64,000 bases of DNA from Octopus vulgaris (taxonomy: Eukaryota). The notes under the pieces are model-generated. The model searched no databases and had not been told where the DNA came from. It was given only the letters and a program-made list of their open reading frames with translations. Position 1 is the first letter of the stretch; each line of letters begins with the position of its first letter. The DNA lies in the NCBI GenBank assembly GCA_951406725.2, contig OX597831.1:9672001-9736000 (forward strand). The letters run 5' to 3'. This document shows positions 53,223 to 64,000 of the stretch, piece after piece. Made by a program: the position numbers and the translations under genes.

Positions 53223-53892
53223 TAATTTGCATTTACGAGCCTCGTTCCTCGTATATAAATTATATAAAAGAAATGTATGTATGTATGCCTGTAAGCATTA
53301 CTCAGGTATCAATGCCATAATAATCTAATTCAATGTGCACTATTTGCGTGTATATTAATATAAATATAATTTCGTAATTGATGCCGGGTAAACTTGAATA
53401 TGCAATCTTCACCCAATGCAAACATAAGAAGCACAACTCGTTAAAATTATGTTGTTGAGGAATGAATTTATGAATGGACGTTAATGAAAGTTGAAAAGCA
53501 TATGAATATTTCCTTTAAATCCTGTATAAAAGAAAGCAGATGTTTTAAAATGCTTCCGAATACATCATGTAATTACTCTGGTTAAGAATTCAAATTGTAA
53601 TGTAATTATTAGCAAAATATAAATTACGAAATAATTCTGGAAATGTGAATCTTCTATTTTTTACGCAAAACTAGTAAGTTTAAACCGGGTAGAATTAGTC
53701 GGTGATATCATAGAGCGTAAGAGATTGGTACTTCATTTAATCGGCCTCAGAGTTATGGCAGACGAAGCAGTTCTCAGCGGGAATTGAAGTTATAGCTGGA
53801 AGGAATTCCAGAAGGCAATTTCTCTGATGTTCCACCGATGTTGTCAATGCAAAGCTCAGTCTTAAAAACCAAAAAATTACACCAAATACAGG

Positions 53893-54100
53893 TATAAATA
53901 CAAATTACAATTGAAACGAAAGTATATGAGGACTATCTAATTCCTGTAATGTAATTGTGCTGTAATGTATGGGTGGGGGAAGGTCTACGCACTATGGGGT
54001 CGCTGCATCTACTATTGGCGATTCCCTAGTTCTGGCGGAAGACACCTTTGCACCACTCAGGCGAAAACCCTCCAACCCATGCGTCAGTTTAGCATGTACT
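53893..54100. repeat. Unclassified ~205-bp dispersed repeat; second copy at 56789-56996 in the same orientation
   Basis: Shared ACTATGGGGTCGCTGCATCTACTATT...CTAGTTCTGGCGGAAGACACCTTTGCA. Confidence 0.85.
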
Positions 54101-54461
54101 ACCTCGTTGCTAGCGAGGATTTTACGAGGTCAGAGTGCAAATCCTACTTCAACTTCTTACACTCCTACGAAACGTTGGGTCTGTCATACGGTTCCAACAT
54201 AAAGCACTCACTCTATTTGATTTTAAATCACAAATACAGGACAAATGTCTCGTTGGTCACAGATTTCCACCAACCCAACCCAACCCCTGTTTCAATGTAT
54301 TTAATACAGCTATATAAATACAAGAAAGTGTAGGGCATATCCAAGTATTTATGACGGACGAACTGAAGACAGGATCTTCGCTGCGAGCTAGCTAGGGAGC
54401 TGGTTTGCAGTGAAGTGAACTTCTTGTTAGACGGGACGAGTTGACAAACGGCTGTCGTCCT

Positions 54462-55170
54462 CATAATAAAAAGGAATACTGGTGGAATGGACCAGTGAAG
54501 CCCTCGATAAAATATAAGCTCAACAGACATGATAAAATGATTTGGGATAGAGAAGAGAAGCTGTGCACAGTTGTGGAAATTAGCTGCCCAGTGGACGTTA
54601 ACATAAAGCTGAAGATCAGTGAAAAAGAGAACACCTAGGTTGAACTATTGAGAAATCTGCAGTTATTCTATCCAGATTACAAGTTCAGGTTTATACCTGT
54701 CATTACTGGGACCCTGGGATATGTAACACACTACCTAAATACCAATCTTGAGAAATTAGGCTTCGAAAACCCAGAAAGGAGAAAGCTAATTCGAAGACTA
54801 CAGATCTAATCCATCACTGGAACTGTAATAATCTATAAAACGTTCCAGAAATTTATCGTTTTTAATATATATGAGCATGTCTAGATATGCAATTATACAC
54901 ATGAGAAGACATACATAAAATATACAGATCTGCACATACATACATACATACATACATACATACATACATACATACATACATACATACATACATACATTCA
55001 TACATACATACATACATACATTAATACATACATACATATATACATACATACAAACATACAAAAGTACTCTGTTGATGATGTTCAAATTCCCATGAAGAGA
55101 CCTTGGACCTCGGTTAGAAACCTGTTCTTACTCTTTTGGCAAGAAATCTTGAAATAAACCGAATAATGAC
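54462..55170 (+). mobile_element. R2/R4(Dong)-like non-LTR retrotransposon 3' end: restriction-like endonuclease (54462-54860, two stops) plus 3' UTR with (CATA)n
   Basis: EYWWN..V......NRHD.MIWD.....CTVVEISCPVDVNI..K..EKEN, then FIPVITGTLG, matching the RLE pattern PD...E..CP.D.N...K. Confidence 0.8.
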
Positions 55171-56609
55171 ATACATACATACATACATATATACGTACAT
55201 ACATACATACATATATAAATACATACATACATACATATATACATACATACACAAGATACAGTCATACGCGTTAATGTAAGCACTTATCCGTGCGTATGTA
55301 CTCACGAATTTAACTAATTTCCACAAATATTCACTGTTATCTGCAGGAAATCTATTCAGACTGCCATACTAAACGTACATCGGAATCATATCTTTGAAGT
55401 TAAGGAATGTTAAGCTAACACTTGCAATTCGGTGCATATATAGCAGACAGGATATTGTTCCATGCGAAAAGAATCCAAATCGATGCAACGTTTCAAAGTG
55501 CAGCTGCCCTTTGGATGTGAATATCGCATCTAATGATAAGGAAAAGGAGAATTTATGCTGAACTAATGTTGAATTGCAGTTCCTGTGTTGTAGTTATAGA
55601 TTCTCGTGTCTCTATTATGGTAGGTGTATTGGACTATGTAACAACGGGCTGAATAGAAATGACGGAGTTTGTTAGAAAGAACAAAACAATCTCGCATCAT
55701 TTAAACTGAATCGATTTGCGGTTAAACGAAAATTTTGTAAACCATCTGGAAGATACTATATTTCAGTTTATCTGACTGAACAACTACACTCAAAACGATA
55801 ACGAATGTGGCTACGGCATAAATACATTCAAATAAACATGAGTGTAGTGCCACGCAATTCTATTAAATAGACTTGTACATCCATTACATGAGAACAGCGA
55901 ACACAATAGATTACACATCCACTTGTTGTGGCAAATACATTCATAAATCACAGACACTGTTTCAACTCAGGCATAGAGCGATTGTTAGTAGTTAATGTCA
56001 AATTTTAAATATGTGACGAATTTCAGTGAATATTTCAGTAAAAGTAACATACGTATATATATATAGATCTATCATTGCCAAATGATATCTACTGAGCCAT
56101 CTGTCTGAATTACTTTGCTAAAATGGTGACGCGTTCCTAAAACTAGAGTTATATGCCAAAGCTGTCAGCAGGATTTATGCTCATCGATGAAGCGTCACTC
56201 AGTGACGAGAGAAGTGAGCATTTGCAGCAATCTCTTTTTAAATTGACTTTCAATATATACCTTAATCCATGATAATACAGTAACATACCCATTCAGGCAC
56301 GAGTCTTAAATAACAATCCCTTGATCACATCTCTCGCATTTAATGTATGTCCAGTTCAGAGGTTTACCCACACTGCCTGCAGACAACCCAATGGGCTTGT
56401 TAAAATCTTTCACAGCTACAATCAGAACGATCTATAAATACCTGAAATTAATTGTCACCTGTGAAAATTTCATCACATTTACAGAGCGACCGGAAATCGA
56501 ATTGCTGACTCGCCGGTAACAAAATATTCCTAGTTTGTCAATACTTGTTTTGGAGTATAACGGATTAAATTTATATGACATATTTAACGACATTTGAATG
56601 CTGTAAATA

Positions 56610-56777
56610 TCGATTTCAAGTTCTGGCACAAGGCCAGTAATTTCTGAGTAGAGCCTAAGTCGATTAAATCGACCCCAGTGCTCAACTGGTACCGATTTCA
56701 ACGACTCCGAATACAGTGGTATTTGAACGAAGAACGTAAAGACAGACGAAATACCGCTGAGCATTTTATCCGGCATG
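56610..56777 (-). mobile_element. SINE family B, diverged
   Basis: GACAGACGAAATACCGCTGAGCATTT and AATCGACCCCAGTGC motifs. Confidence 0.7.
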
Positions 56778-58634
56778 CACTACACAGTTATAAATTCAAA
56801 TTACAATCGAAATGAAAGTATATGAGAACTATCTAATTCCTGTAATGTAATTGTGCTGTAATGTATTTGGGGAGGGAGATCTGCGCACTATGGGGTCGCT
56901 GCATCTACTATTAGTAATTCCCTAGTTCTGGCGGAAGACACCTTTGCATCACTCAGGCGAAAACCCTCCCACTTATGGGTCAGTTTAGCATGTACTGCAC
57001 TTCTGCCTATCCGTCGCATTAAATTCTGTATTGAAATATTGAAAACACTCATCTTGTTTTAATAAAAATGCATGCAATGAAGAATTTCATTGCGACGCTG
57101 AATATTTTTGAAATTCAATTTTATAAAAATCAACGCAAAGTGTAGAAAACGAAATATTGCAAAGTTGTCTTTTTTAAAGCAAAAAGTAAAAATTACATAT
57201 TTAATAAATTCAAATCAATAAACAATTAAAGAACATGATTTTTCACTCCTTCAAACACGAAGCGTTTCAAATGCTTCTTCGCCATTCTGCTTTTAGGTGA
57301 TATTATATCTTCACCACTCAGTTATTTCAAGAATCTTTCAAGGAGCATTTCTTTTGTATCTCTCATCCATTCCAATATTCCATTGGCACGAAACCAAAAG
57401 GATTCTATATCTTACAAGTGTACATGATGTACAACCAGAATTGCACCTCATCTCTAGTTGACAGTATTAAGGGTAGTCATATGTAATAGTAACAATATAA
57501 GTTTCTATTTGAAGAAGGCGGTTATTTGAAGAAGTATTTAAAACTAATATTGTTCAATAATGAATGCATTTTGAAAGATGTTTTCTATGCTTTTCTGCAA
57601 TGTCTTTGTGTATTTTGACCAAAAACTGTAAATAATAGGAATCACTGGCAGAATGGGTGGATTATGAAGGGTTCATAACTGCTTTTTCTAGTTAGATGTT
57701 TAGAGGTGAACACAATTGCAGATGTGATGTATTTCTCAAATTATCAAAAAAGGTATACATGTACGAGGGCAGTTAAAAGAAATAAAAGCAACAGTGGAGG
57801 GAACTGGATAAAAATGTTGATAAGAATAATGGCACACAAAATTACATATGCATTTACGATAACAGGTCCGTGAGATATTCAGAGTAAGAAACTGAGAGAA
57901 ATTATACTTGCAAACAGACGATTACACCTAAAAAAAATACTGCAGGCATATATTCAAACAGTCATCTACATATTATTGTATTTTAATTTCAACGCATTAA
58001 GGACTCCCTGGATATTAAGCTCATTTTGGTGGGGCCATATTAATATTTAAAGAAAAACTCTAGATTGAATAACATTTTGTGATGACGTGTTTTACTAAAT
58101 TTGAAAATACAGGAAGGAAGATTCAGAAAAAAATATGACAAATTAACGCAAGTTCGTGTCTAAAACACGTAGTAGCTGTTTTACGAATGTTGCAACATTT
58201 GATAAACAAGGAAGTTGTTTCTTACAAAAGACTGCATATTAAGTAGTAACAAGTTTTTTTTTAATTTTTAAATATTATTGTAAAGATAGTTGGCAGCAAA
58301 TAACCAGTTCTTACAGCAAAATCTTTACGCCGAAATACCTACGGCAGAAATTTGTCTGGAATATAAGTTCAGGCAAAATATACTCAACAGATTTTTCCTA
58401 TGTTGAAAATACAGCAAAAGCGCCTGCACGAAAGTTAACTCCTGTTAAAAAATAAATTAATATTAATTAACAACTATATTTCATTAACCGGCACGGACAA
58501 GTATGAAACAAAAGAAGCTTATCAGTGCTTTCATTCGAATAAAACAGCGATAGAATATTTTTGGATGGTAAATATTTTGTTGGCGGATTAGTTCATGCTA
58601 ATATTCACAGAATTATAGACGAGGCTTAGATTAT

Positions 58635-59012
58635 CCTTTTTCTACTCTAGGCACAGGGCCTGAAATTTTGGGAGAGGGGGCCAGTCGATTAGATCTACCC
58701 CAACACCAAACTGGTACTTAATATATCGATCACGGAAGGATAAAAGATAAAGTCGACCTCTGCGGAATTTGAACTCAGAACATAAAGACAGACGAAATAC
58801 CTATTTCTTTACTACCCACAAGAGGGGTTAAAAAAGACATATAAAGGGATTCAGTCGATTACATCGACCCCAGTGCGTAACTGGTACTTATTTAATCGAC
58901 CCCGAAAGGATGAAAGGCACAGTCGACCTCGGCGGAATTTGAACTCAGAACGTACGGTTGACGAAATACCACAAAGCATTTCGCCCGGCGTGCTAACGTT
59001 TCTGCCAGCTCG
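58635..59012 (-). mobile_element. SINE family B head-to-tail dimer
   Basis: Head, body, tail A, body, tail B. Confidence 0.85.
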
Positions 59013-59659
59013 AAGTTTTTGATGAGATTTCATTATTGAAGTATAAGTGGAGCAACTGAAAAGCTCGCGATGTATCAGCTTTGTAAACTAGCTAATACAG
59101 GTACAAACATCACGTATAGATAGGATAAAGTCAAATGAGGGGATGTGGTGGGATTATGATTGGTTCACCATTGTAATTAATTATTTTATACGTCCCTAAG
59201 GCGGTGAGCTGAGAAAACAGTTAACACATCGGAGAAAAGACTGAGCGGCATTTCGCCGTGTTCAACTTCTGAGTTCAAATTCCGCCAAAGCCGACTTTGC
59301 CCTTCGTCATATGGGGAACGATAAAACGAGCACCAGTGGAACAGTGTCGTCCATGTAAATGACTGAACCTCTTGCTCCGAATTTCCTGAGCTTGTGATAA
59401 ACTAATGCACATGCTTGTTATTCAAAGACCTGTCTTCGTCTTTTGTTTTTCTATGAATTTCAACTATATACATGTGTGCGTTTGAGTGTGTGTATATGTG
59501 TGTGCGACGTGTGTGTGTGTGTGTGTGTTCGTGCGTATGTGTGTGTATTGACGTTTGTGTTTATCCCCACCGCTACTTAACAACCGGAGATGGTGTGTTT
59601 CCATCGCCGCCATCTAGCAGCTCGCGCGAAATAGTAAGATAGATCAAATAGGTAGGTGC

Positions 59660-60060
59660 TGGTTTCAAGGCGTTGGGGGTCCCCATGACGGGATTTTCAT
59701 TGGGTTTATGGTCTTTACGTAACCCGTATATCGTAGGAACATCGATGTTGATTGCTTCGAAAGGTTGTGTGGTCCGTTTCTAGGGTTGGAGTGTGTTGCA
59801 CCACATTCCTTTTTGTCATTGAGATATCTTTCCATTCTTTAATGTTCTTTAATGTTTCTCATGCTACTCTTGTTGCATGGTCTGGACATAATTCTGTGGG
59901 CTTTGTCCGTAGAGAGGTACACTGATTCCCTGTTTCAGTTTTTGTAAGCCCTTGGCAACAGATGAACCGAGTTGGTGGGTCTCCCCGCTCATTATGTTAC
60001 AGTGGTTGTGCGAGATCGGTCTAAGATGTGTCGGTGTCTATTTCTAGCAAAGGAGATCTT
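59660..60060 (-). pseudogene. Penelope-like reverse transcriptase N-terminal fragment
   Basis: VYLSTDK (cf. VI.P.DK) and VPTIYGLRKDHKPNENPVMG.P (cf. P.LYGL.K.HK...P.RP); frameshifted. Confidence 0.6.
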
Positions 60061-60379
60061 TGCCCCTGTCTCACTTTCAGACTATAGTGAGATACACACA
60101 TCCTTTTCTAGAAGGGCAAGTCTGTAGGGTACACCCTCGTCATGCTGTATGATTTGTAGTTGGGGTTATAGGAGACAGACTGTGGTGTGCTACCAGTGTT
60201 ACTATCGTTGTAGTTGTTGTTACGGTTGCTGGCATTGTTGTTGCTGGCTGTTGAGCTGTTGCTGTTGCTGTTGAGCGAAGCGGTCTTCGTCCCAGAGCTC
60301 GCAAGATGGGAGAAGTCCGAAATGTGGTCCTTTGCTATTCGTAAGACCCGCAGAAGAAAAAGCAGGTAAATCCCCGACA

Positions 60380-60612
60380 CCGAGAGCATCGACGGTTGGA
60401 TGAATGCGCATCCAGGCTCAGTGGTTGCGTAGGAAGTCGGGGACAAGAAACAGGAAGAAAGAGTGAGAGAAACAGGGGTCGCCAACACCCCCTGCCGGAG
60501 CCTCGTTGATCTTTAGGTATTTTCGCTCAATAAACACACACAACGCCCGGTCTGGGAATCGAAACCGCGATCCTCTGACCGCGAGTCCGCTGCCCTAAAC
60601 ATTGGGCCATTA
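60380..60612 (-). mobile_element. SINE family C variant
   Basis: Matches 33430-33615 (CGCTCAATAAACAC.CACAACGCCCGGTCTGGGAATCGAAACCGCGATCC). Confidence 0.8.
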
Positions 60613-60917
60613 CTCGTCCACTGTTGTTGCTGGTAGCAGTGTTGGTGTTGCTGGTGCTGTGCTTCTTGTTGTGGTTGCTTTGTTGTTATAGTTGTTTGTG
60701 TGGGCGATGTTGTGGTTCTCATGGTTGCTATTGTCACAACTGTTGTTGATTTGGTTTCGTATGTTTGTGTTGTTGTTGTGTATTATTCTAGCTTCCATCT
60801 TATTTTTAAGAACCTTTGAAGATTGAACCGGTGAGTGTGTTATTTAAAAAGGCAGTAAAACAAAATGACTCCCCCAGACACAACAATATATATATATACA
60901 TATATATATACATACAT

Positions 60918-61024
<107 letters not shown>

Positions 61025-61312
61025 TGTATGCATGAACGCGTCAGTGTATGTATACACACATAGAGATGCACGCGCATTAAGCACAGACAATATTTTGGTA
61101 ATTATCAAACTGAACATTACTTATTTGTAATCAATATTGTCCAGTTATTGTCGTCTTGTGCGAAAAAAATAAAACTTGCTCTCACTCGTGATAATTACAT
61201 ATATGAAAAGAACAGAAAGAAAAGAGAGAGTAAAAAAAAACTTGGACATTTGCCGAAGACATAGAACTCCTCTTTCTCAGTTATGGTCTAATTAGTAGAC
61301 ACTATTAAATAT

Positions 61313-61885
61313 GGTGAGGTGTCAGAATCGTTAACACCCCGGGCGAAATGGTTAGCGGTTTTTCGTTTGCCGCTACTTTCTGAGTTTAAATACCACCGGG
61401 GTCGACTTTGCCTTTCATCCTTTCGGGGTCGATAAATTAAATACCACTGGGGTCGATATAATCAACTTATTCCGTTTGTCTGTCCTTGATTGTCCTCTCT
61501 GCGTTTAGCCCCTTGTGGGTAGTAAAGAAATAAGGTATTTCGTCTGTCTTTACGTTCTGAGTTCAAATTCCACCGAGGTCGACTTTGCCTTTTATCCTTT
61601 CGGAACCATAAATTAAGTACCAGTTTGGTGCTGGGGTCGATATAATCGACTTAATCCGTTTGTCTGTCCTTGTTTGTGCCCTCTGTGTTTAGCCCCTTGT
61701 GGGTAGTAAAGAAATAAGGTATTTCGTCTGCCTTTAGATTCTGAGTTGAAATACCGACGAGGTCAGTTTTCCTTTCATCCTTTCAGGTTCGATAAATAAG
61801 TACCAGGTGCGTACTGGGGTCCATCTAATCGACCGGCTCCGCTTCCCCAAATATTTCAGGTCTTATTCCCCAGAGTAGAAAATAA
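61313..61885 (+). mobile_element. SINE family B head-to-tail trimer
   Basis: Body restarts at GGTATTTCGTCTG near 61534 and 61718. Confidence 0.85.
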
Positions 61886-62526
61886 TTTTTTTCCAGCTTT
61901 TCGTTCTGCGTTCAAATGCCACAGAATTTGACTTCGCTGTCCATCGTTTTGGAGTCAATGAAATAAGTACCATTTTAGTACTGTGGTTCCATACACATTC
62001 TAGCGCCTCCCTGCAAAAAACTTCAGAACTTTGGATATGCGTAGAATAGTTTATTATACATTATATACCCAAGCGAGACTCAATATATTCTGAAACTTTT
62101 AAGCTGTAACATTCTGCAACAGGAATTCTAATTTAGAGAGAAAAAAGATAAGTGACGTGGATGAAAGAAAAAAAAAACAGGAAAGTGAAAAAACAAAATT
62201 CGAAAACCTTTTCCAAATATTGACATGTTTGTCTATATAGTTCGTTGTGTCCAAATTTCAAAGTCAAAGTTTTGTTAGTTGATAAGTAGCTGCTAGAGTT
62301 ATAAGAGCGAAACTTACTCAGATAATCTGATTCACACACAAACACACATACACACAAGATGCTCACATACACAGACACAAAAATGAACGCACACGCACAC
62401 ACATATGTATATGCACATATATATGTGTATATAATATATACCTGCATATATATATATATATATATATATGTATGTTTGTATATAGATATACGTATGTATA
62501 TTTACATTTATATATGTATGCATGTA

Positions 62527-62563
<37 letters not shown>

Positions 62564-62694
62564 GTACATATATTTATATATATATATATAAGTATGTATG
62601 TATATATATTTATATGTATATATATGTATCTATATATATGTATGTATATATATATATATATGTATATATATGTATGTATATATATATATGTATG

Positions 62695-62761
<67 letters not shown>

Positions 62762-63394
62762 ATGTATATATACACATATATTCACACAGTGACACACACA
62801 TTGAAGCACACACCACATACACATAATAAGCATACACAAAACATGCATATAGCAGACCTTCGCTAAAAAGTGTCAGACTTCAGAAAAATGTAGACAAGTG
62901 TCAGTTGTTATATCTTTTTCAGACCGAAAACTCAAAGAGATAGCAAAATAAATTATTCTTGAATCTGACGAAATTCCCAAAATGGCAGCCAAAATATTGT
63001 TAGATGTATATTATCGCATTACTGGCCATCTTCTGATTATATCAAAGAAACTGTTTCCATTGCTTTCTCAATTGCAGATATTTTCTTTTGGTCGTTGTAC
63101 ATGACAAAATTATGAGTTTTATATTTTATTCGCCGGATGGAGCCGATGTGCAATTGGCGAGATATCATTCACCACTTTCAAACTTTCGCCAAATCGGCCG
63201 CACTAGCACGGCAATTATTTCTCGATATCAAAAGAAAGAACGACCATATATATGTTATGGCAGGATTTGAACTCAGAGAGATCGAAAAAGTAAGACAAAC
63301 ATATAATAACTTCTCACGGCTCTCCCCTAGATATATTTTAAGACACATTTGAAAATCCCTAATTGTATTGTTTATTGAAATGATGATAATAATG

Positions 63395-63454
<60 letters not shown>

Positions 63455-63889
63455 TTAATATTAACAAAAACAACAACAATAATAATATAATGATAATAAT
63501 GGCATTTATGATTTCTACGTACGTGGTATTTCGTTATTCAACCATAACATACTATACAGTATGTTAAATGTTTTTTTGTAAGTCCATACCACGTTCTACT
63601 GTGTTAGCAGCGCGTTTTACATTATTTTATTAAGCTTATTTCTACAGATAATTCTATAGACATCTCTAATTTGAACAGGTATTTTATTGGAAATTTCACG
63701 ATTTTCACGTTACCAGTAACAATTGAACATGCTGCAAAGAATTGTAACCGATTATAAGAAGATTGTTCTTACATTTGAAGTCAGTTTTGTATAATTTGCT
63801 GCTAATTGCAAATTATGATACCCATATCTGTCTATCTCTCTCTGCCTCTCTCTCTCTCTCTCTCCCACTCTCCCTCTCTATATATATAT

Positions 63890-64000
63890 TTATAAAATTA
63901 ACAGAATGAGATTAAAAAGTCCAAAGCTGTGCAGGATATCAGAACATTTATGAAGAAACGTCTTACGGCTGTTTCCGGGATATTTTATACATCCCTTCAT
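63890..64000 (-). ncRNA. pLTR tail with hammerhead (63960-64000), truncated by the window edge
   Basis: Minus strand: AUGA-A-GGGAUGU(AUAAA)AUAUCCC-G-GAAAC-AGCC-GUA-AGAC; the downstream tail matches 10947-11008 (CACAGCTTTGGA...ATCTCATTCTGTTAAT). Confidence 0.8.

Noticed and set aside
55090-55130. HHR-like AUGAAGA-GACC...GGUU-A-GAAAC-CU-GUU in the LINE 3' UTR
   Set aside because: No helix I pairing and C3 is absent.

Overview
Eukaryotic, AT-rich, repeat-dominated DNA with no recognisable host protein-coding gene. Nearly all ORFs in the track are microsatellite artefacts. The tRNA-derived SINE families and dense (TA)n/(CA)n/(AAT)n/(GAT)n tracts suggest an octopus (coleoid cephalopod) intron or intergenic region; this is inference. 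Recognisable mobile DNA: a near-complete DD34E Tc1 transposon nested inside a SINE; mariner relics, including a fold-back MITE; a Ty3/gypsy integrase relic; RTE, CR1 and R4/Dong-like LINE 3' ends; a non-autonomous Helitron; and Penelope-like element (PLE) fragments, one with an open GIY-YIG frame. The most striking hidden signal is about 11 minimal type-I hammerhead ribozyme (HHR) motifs from several unrelated sequence families. Most have self-complementary helix III segments, several share an extra-A core variant, and one has a compensatory U3-A8 pair. Three long fold-backs carry ribozymes or ribozyme halves facing outward from the centre, and two more near-perfect fold-backs lack visible HHRs. 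Together this looks like a diverse PLE pseudo-LTR/retrozyme-like system associated with (TA)n tracts. All folds were read by eye and none was computed.
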